Shown here: piece by piece, positions 7,655 through 14,919 of the stretch
How the letters are laid out: each line of letters opens with the position of its first letter
How positions within the stretch are numbered: the stretch's first letter is position 1
From: Chitinophagales bacterium
GTDB taxonomy: Bacteria; Bacteroidota; Bacteroidia; Chitinophagales; BACL12
Direction of reading: 5' to 3'
NCBI GenBank assembly: GCA_038223395.1
Contig: JBBRGZ010000001.1
Span: 1 to 43,246 of the forward strand
DNA length: 43,246 bases
Notes under the pieces: model-generated
Told to the model about the DNA's origin: nothing
Databases searched by the model: none
The model's input: only the letters and a program-made list of their open reading frames with translations
Position numbers and translations under genes: made by a program

Positions 7655-8014
7655 TTAAAACTGTCCGGTAGACAACATCACCAAGGTACACCCCTCAACT
7701 GTCTCAATATTATTTTCTTCTGCTAAGGCTTCTAACTCTTCGTTTTCTGTGCCGGGATTAAAAATGATGCGTTTGGGATGCAAATGTATAATGGCATCAT
7801 AATATACTTTTTGATTATCGGGATTTAAATATAAGGTAACGGTATCGATATCCTCTGCCACAGGAAATTGTTCAACTATTTCTATATCGCCAATTTTACC
7901 CTTGCGTTTACCCACTGCAACAACAGCGTGCCCGTTTGCATACAAACGTTTAACAGCCATATTGCCATATCGAGTCGGATTTTCAGAAGCGCCAAGTACT
8001 AAAGTTTTTTTCAC
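7655..8014 (-). CDS. CoA-binding domain protein (YccU/YneT-like)
   Basis: It is 119 aa and begins MKKTLVLGASENPTRYGNMAVKRL, as expected for a CoA_binding_2 protein. Confidence 0.8.
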   Translation of the reverse strand: MKKTLVLGASENPTRYGNMAVKRLYANGHAVVAVGKRKGKIGDIEIVEQFPVAEDIDTVTLYLNPDNQKVYYDAIIHLHPKRIIFNPGTENEELEALAEENNIETVEGCTLVMLSTGQF

Positions 8015-8095
8015 AATTATTTTAATTTTAAAAAATAAGTTCTACCTTGCTTTCGAAACAACCGGCTGCAGTAAATCGTTCAAAAATACTCAGCT

Positions 8096-8386
8096 ATGCA
8101 TACAGAAGCCATTACAACCATCGAAAAGGAAAATATTCCTTTTTTAGAATTAGTTTATAACGAAGTACTAGATCACCCCGAGCAAATTGCACGACGCAAT
8201 CATATTTTATATGATGCCATGATACTCGGCAATAACTACCATACAAAGGTGAAAATTATATTCCAATGTGCACAAGGTATATTTCAAGTAGAAACTACAG
8301 TTTGGTCGGCAACCGAAGATTTTATTTTATTAAAGGGCGGCGTGTATTTGCCTGTTAAATGTATTCACGATGTGTTTATTGCGTAA
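8096..8386 (+). CDS. hypothetical protein (96 aa)
   Basis: It is a clean ORF in an otherwise empty gap, convergent with the E2 gene (stops 1 nt apart). No family was recognised. Confidence 0.45.
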   Translation: MHTEAITTIEKENIPFLELVYNEVLDHPEQIARRNHILYDAMILGNNYHTKVKIIFQCAQGIFQVETTVWSATEDFILLKGGVYLPVKCIHDVFIA

Positions 8387-8387
8387 T

Positions 8388-9668
8388 TTACAATAACATT
8401 CTAACAGGCTCTTCAAGATACTGTTTCAATGTTTGCAAAAATTGTGCGCCAACAGAACCATCCACCGCGCGATGGTCGCAACTCATTGTAAGTTTCATTA
8501 TGTTGCCAATAGCAATTGCACCGTCTTTTACAACAGGCACTTCATTAATTCCTCCAACTGCTAAAATACAAGCATCAGGCGGATTAATTATTGCAGTAAA
8601 TTCTTCAATACCCATCATGCCCAAATTAGAAATTGTAAATGTATTGCCTTCCCATTCCTGAGGTTGCAATTTTCTTGCTTTAGCACGCGTGCCTAAATCA
8701 TTTGTTTCCATTGCAATTTCTACCAGCGATTTATTATCCGCAAAACGAATTACCGGAACTACTAAACCATCCTGAATTGCAACTGCAACTCCAATATGTA
8801 TATGTTTATTCTTGCGAATTTTATCACCCAACCAACTCGAATTTACATTCGGATGCTGACGTAGCGCCATCGCAGCAGCTTTTACAACTAAATCGTTAAA
8901 AGAAATTTTAACAGGACTCACTGCATTTAATGCTTTGCGCGCAGCAATTGCAGCATCCATATTTATTGAAACAGTAAGATAAAAATGTGGTGCACTATAT
9001 TTACTTTGTGCCAATCTATTTGCAATAGATTTGCGCATTTGCGAAACCGGAATGTCCTCATAACTTTCTTCACCAACGTATTGGCGAATTTCCATTACAG
9101 GCATTTTTTGTTCTGCCTTTTCTGTAGTTTGCGGAACATAATTTTCTATATCTTTTTTAATTATTCTTCCCTCAGGTCCGCTGCCTGAAACATCACTTAA
9201 TTTAATTCCTTTATCGCCCGCTATTTTCTTTGCAAGTGGCGATGCTTTAATTCTCTCATCATCACTTATTATTTCTTTTGTTTGTTCAACAGCTTCCTCT
9301 TTTTTCTCAGCAACTTTTTCTTCAGTTTTTTCAACTGGCTTTTCCTCCTGTTGTGTCGGTTTTTCTTCCTCTTTTTTCTCTTCTTTTTTTTCTGATTTTT
9401 CACTTTCTAACAAGGCATTAAAATCCTCGCCCTCTTTTCCAACAATTGCAATTACCTGATCCACTTGCGCACTTTTACCTTTTTCAACACCTATATATAA
9501 TAATGTGCCCTTCACATAATTTTCCAATTCCATGGTAGCTTTATCGGTTTCCACCTCAGCCAGAATATCCCCACTCTTTACAGTATCCCCAACCTTTTTA
9601 TGCCATTCTACAAAAGTGCCTTCAGTCATCGTATCACTCATTCGGGGCATTCTAATTACTTCTGCCAT
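8388..9668 (-). CDS. 2-oxoacid (pyruvate) dehydrogenase complex E2, dihydrolipoamide acyltransferase
   Basis: It has a lipoyl domain (EVETDKATME), a Glu/Lys/Pro-rich linker, an E3-binding domain (ASPLAKKIAGDKGIKLSDVSGSGPEGRIIKKD) and the catalytic DHRAVDG. Confidence 0.9.
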   Translation of the reverse strand: MAEVIRMPRMSDTMTEGTFVEWHKKVGDTVKSGDILAEVETDKATMELENYVKGTLLYIGVEKGKSAQVDQVIAIVGKEGEDFNALLESEKSEKKEEKKEEEKPTQQEEKPVEKTEEKVAEKKEEAVEQTKEIISDDERIKASPLAKKIAGDKGIKLSDVSGSGPEGRIIKKDIENYVPQTTEKAEQKMPVMEIRQYVGEESYEDIPVSQMRKSIANRLAQSKYSAPHFYLTVSINMDAAIAARKALNAVSPVKISFNDLVVKAAAMALRQHPNVNSSWLGDKIRKNKHIHIGVAVAIQDGLVVPVIRFADNKSLVEIAMETNDLGTRAKARKLQPQEWEGNTFTISNLGMMGIEEFTAIINPPDACILAVGGINEVPVVKDGAIAIGNIMKLTMSCDHRAVDGSVGAQFLQTLKQYLEEPVRMLL

Positions 9669-9738
9669 AATTGCAATGTATTTTGTGCGAAATTAGCAAT
9701 GTTTAGGCAGTTTTGAAAACATTAGTGTATCTGTATTT

Positions 9739-9827
9739 GGGCGTGTCCCTACGGGCCAGGCTTTCCGCTGCAAGTCCTCGTCGGCTTTGGCCTCCTGTGG
9801 GCTTTCCGCTTCAATCCTTCACGCGCG
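9739..9827. repeat. GC-rich intergenic repeat island (REP-like)
   Basis: GGCTTTCCGCTGCAAGTCC (9759-9777) and GGCTTTCCGCTTCAATCC (9800-9817) are direct repeats, with a third GGCTTT at 9783. The island is strongly GC-enriched relative to its flanks. Confidence 0.6.
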
Positions 9828-9967
9828 TATTTTGTATTTCTAAAACTAGAGCTACTTATTTAAAAATTAATTGTTACAGACTTACATTTTTTTATTTTAT
9901 AGGTTTATATTTTGAGGCACCGCCTTTGCACAACATAATAATTCTCTCACAGTGTAAATTCCAAATA

Positions 9968-10741
9968 ATGAAGATGTTAAAAGTGTTACCGGCAACGGCA
10001 ATAATTATTCTATTATTAACAATAGGTTGCAAAAAAAGCGAACTCGAAAATTTCGCTACAAACCCCACAGACATGGAAAAAGTGGCAGTCGGACTCGCTC
10101 CTGTAAACCTAGGTAAAGCAGGAAAATTTGTGCTACTTTCAGAATCAGGAATAACAAATGTATACCCTTCAAATATTACAGGAATAGTAGGTACGAGTCC
10201 AATTACAGGAGCTGCAGACCTTCTTACATGTGTAGAAGTAACGGGAGATATTTACTCAGTTGATGCAGCAGGTCCCCTTCCTTGCGGATTAACTAACGCA
10301 ACATATTTGACAAATGCAGTAGGCGACATGCAAACAGCTTATGTTGATGCTGCGGGCCGTCCGGATCCTGATTTTTTTAATTTAGGCGCAGGAAACATTG
10401 GAGGACTAACCTTAACACCCGGTTTATACAAATGGACAAGCTCAGTAATAGCTCCAGCAAATTTTACAATTTCTGGATCTCCAACTTCCATATTCATTTT
10501 TCAAGTTGCAGGAACACTTAAATTGAGTTCAGGAGTAAATATTACTCTTGCTGGAGGTGTACAGGCAAAAAATATCTATTGGCAAGTTGCAGGTGCTGTT
10601 ACATTAGGAACAACAAGCCATTTTGAAGGTACCATTTTAGGTCATACTGCAATAAATATGAGAACAGGAGCATCCATCAATGGAAGACTTTTAGCTCAAA
10701 CTGCAATAACATTGCAAATGAATACAGTAGTTAAACCTTAA
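9968..10741 (+). CDS. ice-binding family protein (DUF3494), lipoprotein
   Basis: MKMLKVLPATAIIILLLTIGC|KK is a lipoprotein signal. The body matches the DUF3494 pattern (GKAGKFVLLSESGITN, LTPGLYKW, IFIFQVAGTL, NIYWQVAG, INGRLLAQTAITL). The track ORF start at 9713 reads through the GC-rich repeat and is rejected. Confidence 0.8.
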   Translation: MKMLKVLPATAIIILLLTIGCKKSELENFATNPTDMEKVAVGLAPVNLGKAGKFVLLSESGITNVYPSNITGIVGTSPITGAADLLTCVEVTGDIYSVDAAGPLPCGLTNATYLTNAVGDMQTAYVDAAGRPDPDFFNLGAGNIGGLTLTPGLYKWTSSVIAPANFTISGSPTSIFIFQVAGTLKLSSGVNITLAGGVQAKNIYWQVAGAVTLGTTSHFEGTILGHTAINMRTGASINGRLLAQTAITLQMNTVVKP

Positions 10742-10775
10742 CCTTGGGATAGAATCCCAAACAAAAGTAATGTAG

Positions 10776-10832
10776 AGAAATAAATTAATTATTCCAAATA
10801 GAATTTGGGTAATTAATTTATTTCTTTTTTTT
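10776..10832 (+). terminator. long AT-rich hairpin plus T8 terminator
   Basis: AGAAATAAATTAATTA...TAATTAATTTATTTCT has an inner CCAAAT/ATTTGG helix and is followed by T8. A shorter hairpin, TTGGGAT-aga-ATCCCAA, is at 10744-10760. Confidence 0.6.
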
Positions 10833-11060
10833 AATTTAAAAACAATGTGATTGATTTTTTAAAAAAAGAATTTCAGTAATTTCAAATTACTTTATTATTT
10901 AATAATAATTAAATCTTAGCCATTCAGATATTTCCATTTTTATCCCAAAAATCTCATTTTTAGTTACAATAAAAAAGTATTTAAATTTAGCTAAGCGTAT
11001 TGATTATAACATGCAGCCCTTTTACTGTTTTCTCTCATAAGGTTGTAATAGAAACATAGG

Positions 11061-12086
11061 TTATCGCTTATCCAGATCTCCACCAATACAATAATGGCAG
11101 CCATCATATCCATCTGCTATCGCTTGTTCTAAATTGTTATAAGGCACTTTATGCTCATGTGCCATTAAGTTTATCCAATTACATTTCCAATGATGCACTT
11201 CTCGTGATGTCGGATTTTTGTTTGCAATATATTCAGAACTGTAAAAAGTATAATGATAAAAATCTTTAACCTCGTCTGCACTCAGGCAATCATTATCGAG
11301 TTCCAAAATATGCAATTGACCATGTATTCCTGGAGCAATTCCATTGCTAAGATCCCAATAGGTTAATCCTTCAATTTCTTCACCAAAGGTTAAATATTCG
11401 CGATCAATAAAAATATTTTGAATCCTTTGAGTATCCGACCATCTAAAAATCTGAACCCCTCTTGTTTCATATTCTTCCGAAGTTAAAAACAAATAAGTTT
11501 CTTCATTTTCTGTAATAAATACTCCTCCTTGAATTCCTGATAACACAAAAGGTTCTTCATTTTCTTTATGCAGGGCTACAGTTTTAATAAGCGACAAATT
11601 AAAACTATTAATACTAATTGTAAATTGATAAGCAAATAATTGAGTTACGTTGTTAAATGCAGAACTATATAAATAACCATCTACTGTATTAACAGCGCAC
11701 CAACTTGCATGCCCATCCTGTTCTGGAACTACATCACTACCAATAAAATTTAAAGTTTCTGCATCAAAACAAGCAATCCTTGCAGTGCGATTATCGTCAG
11801 AATTTTCTAATCCTACAAATAGATAACCGTTATAAAAATCCAAATCGCCCAAGTGGTCATAATCCATTGCAAGTTCAGGTGGAATGGGAATACTAAAAAT
11901 TCCAATACTATTATCATCAGTTACATTATTCAAGTCAACCCCAACGGGAATTTTCCATAGGCGTGATTTTTGGCTAATAAACCAATGGTCTTCATTATGT
12001 GTTACGCCTTGTAATTCTTCGCTGTAAATAGTTGTAGAATCGGAAGGGTAAGCATTGATACGTTGAAAAAAAAGATTATCTGCCAT
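11061..12086 (-). CDS. hypothetical protein: propeller-like N-terminal region plus C-terminal Ada-like zinc-ribbon motif
   Basis: It has no signal peptide. Repeated strand-like segments (YLFVGLE, GIQGGVFI, EIEGLTYWDL) suggest a beta-rich or propeller fold. The tail, VHHWKCNWINLMAHEHKVPYNNLEQAIADGYDGCHYC, fits the (Y/H)HxxxC...GYxxCxxC pattern. Confidence 0.6.
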   Translation of the reverse strand: MADNLFFQRINAYPSDSTTIYSEELQGVTHNEDHWFISQKSRLWKIPVGVDLNNVTDDNSIGIFSIPIPPELAMDYDHLGDLDFYNGYLFVGLENSDDNRTARIACFDAETLNFIGSDVVPEQDGHASWCAVNTVDGYLYSSAFNNVTQLFAYQFTISINSFNLSLIKTVALHKENEEPFVLSGIQGGVFITENEETYLFLTSEEYETRGVQIFRWSDTQRIQNIFIDREYLTFGEEIEGLTYWDLSNGIAPGIHGQLHILELDNDCLSADEVKDFYHYTFYSSEYIANKNPTSREVHHWKCNWINLMAHEHKVPYNNLEQAIADGYDGCHYCIGGDLDKR

Positions 12087-12266
12087 TGAATTATTTTAAA
12101 AGAAAAACAAAATATTTATTAATAAAATATCGCTAACTGAATCACAAATTTAATGCAAAGTGTTAATTTTTTCTACCACTTTTCATATCAGTAAATAATT
12201 AGTAAAATCAATATCCAATGTAAGTTTAGTGATATTTGCCAAAATCTTGTAAATTAGCTAAATCTT

Positions 12267-13616
12267 ATGCTATACACCATAGTTAGATTTCTATTTAAAA
12301 TTACAGGCAATGTTTTTTTTCGAAATATCAGCATTCGCAATAAAGAAATAATTTCTAAAAAAGGACCGCTTATTATTGTTGCAAATCATCCGAGCGCGTT
12401 TATGGATCCTATCGTTATTGCAACGTTATTTGAGCGCAAACTGTATTTTTTAGGAAAAGGTATTTTGTTTAAATCTAAATTTGCAAAATGGATACTACCA
12501 AAATTTAACACAATTCCTATTTATCGCCAAGCGGATGACCCAACGCAAATGGGCAAAAATGAAGATACTTTCAGAGCCTGTTATCAGTACTTAGAGCAGG
12601 GTTGTGCAATTCTTATTTTTCCGGAAGGCATCACTAAAACAGAAAGGCGCTTGCGAGAACTTAAAACCGGTGCTGCGCGAATTGCATTGGGTGCAGAAGC
12701 AAAAAATAATTTTGCCCTCGGTATACAAATTGTAACTATTGGCTTAAATTATTCAAATCCTCATAAATTTAATCGCGATTTATTTGTTAATATCGCTGAC
12801 CCCATTGCTCTTTCCAATTTAAAAAATGACTATCAATTAGATGCTGTAAAAACAGTGCAGCTCGTTACCGAATTGATTCGTATCCAATTAGAAAAACACA
12901 TTATTGCAATAAGCGATCAAAAAATTGATACACTTTCTTCTGATATCGAATTTTTATATAAAAATAAACTTTCTAAACAATTGGGAATTGCAGTAGACGA
13001 TCAGAATTCCTCATTCTTGCTAAGCAAAAAAATAATTTCCGCAGTTACACATTTTATGGAAAAAGAACCGGAGCGTGCCGATAACATGTCGCTGCGCATC
13101 AAACAATACCACCGAAATTTGAATGCAATTGGATTGCATGATGCTGATTTGAGTGGCCACCACAAACCGAAATCAGGTATATATCACCTCAAATCATTTT
13201 TCTTGATTGTAGCCGGTTTCCCAATATTTCTTTATGGATTTATAAATAATTATCTTCCCTTTCAAATACCGATTATAATTGCAAAAAAAATGGCATCGCG
13301 ACGAGAATTCATTGGTGCCATTGGCATGTCGGTTGGGCTTTTTACTTTTTTAATTTTTTATACAACACAAATTATACTTTTTAGTATTTTTTCAGGCAAT
13401 GCATGGCTAACAATAATTTATGCTTTTAGCTTACCAATTTCAGGAATATTTGCATACAGCTATTATTATAAAATTGAAAAAATAAAAGCACGCTGGTCGC
13501 TGATTTATATTTTCAGCAAAAAATCTGTCTTTATATCTAACCTCATATCCGAAAGGGAAAATATTATTAAAGAATTCGACAAGGCGAGGGAAGAATATGG
13601 AGCTTTAGGTATTTGA
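12267..13616 (+). CDS. lysophospholipid (1-acyl-sn-glycerol-3-phosphate) acyltransferase family protein with C-terminal membrane domain
   Basis: It has the HX4D motif NHPSAFMD, the FPEGITK motif, and hydrophobic helices in the last ~130 aa. Confidence 0.8.
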   Translation: MLYTIVRFLFKITGNVFFRNISIRNKEIISKKGPLIIVANHPSAFMDPIVIATLFERKLYFLGKGILFKSKFAKWILPKFNTIPIYRQADDPTQMGKNEDTFRACYQYLEQGCAILIFPEGITKTERRLRELKTGAARIALGAEAKNNFALGIQIVTIGLNYSNPHKFNRDLFVNIADPIALSNLKNDYQLDAVKTVQLVTELIRIQLEKHIIAISDQKIDTLSSDIEFLYKNKLSKQLGIAVDDQNSSFLLSKKIISAVTHFMEKEPERADNMSLRIKQYHRNLNAIGLHDADLSGHHKPKSGIYHLKSFFLIVAGFPIFLYGFINNYLPFQIPIIIAKKMASRREFIGAIGMSVGLFTFLIFYTTQIILFSIFSGNAWLTIIYAFSLPISGIFAYSYYYKIEKIKARWSLIYIFSKKSVFISNLISERENIIKEFDKAREEYGALGI

Positions 13617-14584
13617 TTGCCAAAAGCTACAAAAAATTTAACCTATTTTTACCAATTAAACCCAACGCAGTCATGTGTGATGTAATAGATGGTATACACC
13701 TCAATTTTGAGAGCGATAAATTATTTTTGCTCAACTTACTTTTAGCATTTCTCATGTTTGGAATTGCACTTAATTTAAAATTGTCAGATTTTAAACGCAT
13801 TGTAGAAACGCCGCGCAAAGCACTTGCCGGTTTGTTAAGTCAATATGTATTCTTACCATTACTCACCTTTGCACTTGTGCTCATCTTTAAACCCTGTCCA
13901 AGCATTGCCTTAGGCATGTTTTTATTAGGCGCTTGCCCCGGTGGCAATATGAGTAATTTTTTATCGCATCTTGCAAAAGGCAATGTTGCATTATCGGTAA
14001 CACTTACAGCAACGCAAACAATTTTGGCTCCGCTTATGACGCCCCTTACCTTTGCAATTTGTGCAAATGCATACGCTCCAACGCATGCATTAATGCAAGC
14101 AATTGATATTGACACCTTCCAATTAATACTCAATATTCTTACAATACTTGGTGTTCCATTATTAATTGGTATGGTTATTAATTATAAATTACCTGTTTTT
14201 AAATCAAAAATTATTAAACCCATTCAAAAAATATCCATTGTACTATTTTTGGGTTTTGTTGTATTTCTTTTTGTAAGTAATTATCACCAGTTTATTCAAA
14301 TTATTAGCACCATTTTTATTTTAGTGTTATTGCACAATGGCTTGGCTATGGTGGGTGGATATTCTATTGCGTCAATATTTCGGTTAGATTTTCAAGATAA
14401 AAAATGTTTAGCAATCGAAACCGGCATTCACAATGCAACCTTGGGATTAATAGTTTGGGCTAATTTTTTTCCCATGCTCGGCGGAGTTGCAGTAGTAGCC
14501 GGCTGGTGGGGCATCTGGGATTTAGTAAGTGGTTTTACCATAGCTTACATCTGGTCGCGACGAGCGGGAAAGGTTGCTATTTAA
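13613..14584 (+). CDS. bile acid:sodium symporter (BASS) family transporter
   Basis: It is a multi-pass membrane protein with GACPGGNMSNF. The track start is a TTG overlapping the upstream stop (TTGA). The ATG at 13673 is an alternative start. Confidence 0.85.
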   Translation: MIAKSYKKFNLFLPIKPNAVMCDVIDGIHLNFESDKLFLLNLLLAFLMFGIALNLKLSDFKRIVETPRKALAGLLSQYVFLPLLTFALVLIFKPCPSIALGMFLLGACPGGNMSNFLSHLAKGNVALSVTLTATQTILAPLMTPLTFAICANAYAPTHALMQAIDIDTFQLILNILTILGVPLLIGMVINYKLPVFKSKIIKPIQKISIVLFLGFVVFLFVSNYHQFIQIISTIFILVLLHNGLAMVGGYSIASIFRLDFQDKKCLAIETGIHNATLGLIVWANFFPMLGGVAVVAGWWGIWDLVSGFTIAYIWSRRAGKVAI

Positions 14585-14672
14585 ACCCAACTAAGCCATT
14601 GGCATCCCCAAACAAATCAACCCAGAACTTTAAACCTTGAACAAAGAACCCACCTAATGATGACGCAGTCGG

Positions 14673-14759
14673 CAGACAACCTCAGAACCCAGAACCTCAG
14701 AATCCAGAACCTTGAACTCTGAACACAGAATTCAGAACATAGAATTCAGAACTCAAAAC
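14673..14759. repeat. about 12 tandem 7-8 nt units, consensus nCAGAAC
   Basis: The units are cagacaac ctcagaac ccagaac ctcagaat ccagaac cttgaac tctgaac acagaat tcagaac atagaat tcagaac tcaaaac. Scattered copies begin at 14622. Confidence 0.85.
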
Positions 14760-14866
14760 GATAAAAATATTACAATTGATTCCTTCGCAAACGCAAGAGA
14801 AAAATGTTCCTAAGCTGCATTCATAAATTGCAAAATATAATTAATAATTTTATTTAATACATTAAC

Positions 14867-14900
14867 AAAAAAAGGGATTGCTTATTTATAAACAATCCCC
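14867..14900 (-). terminator. rho-independent terminator of the M16 peptidase/dnaX transcription unit
   Basis: The minus strand reads GGGGATTG-tttataaataag-CAATCCC followed by T7. Confidence 0.6.
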
Positions 14901-14919
14901 TACTTAATTTCAAAATATA

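Noticed and set aside
9713-9967. N-terminal 85-codon extension of the ice-binding ORF (track start 9713)
   Set aside because: The extension reads through the GC-rich repeat island and AT-rich promoter-like DNA, giving an implausible Arg/Pro/Ser leader. A canonical lipoprotein signal begins at the internal ATG at 9968.
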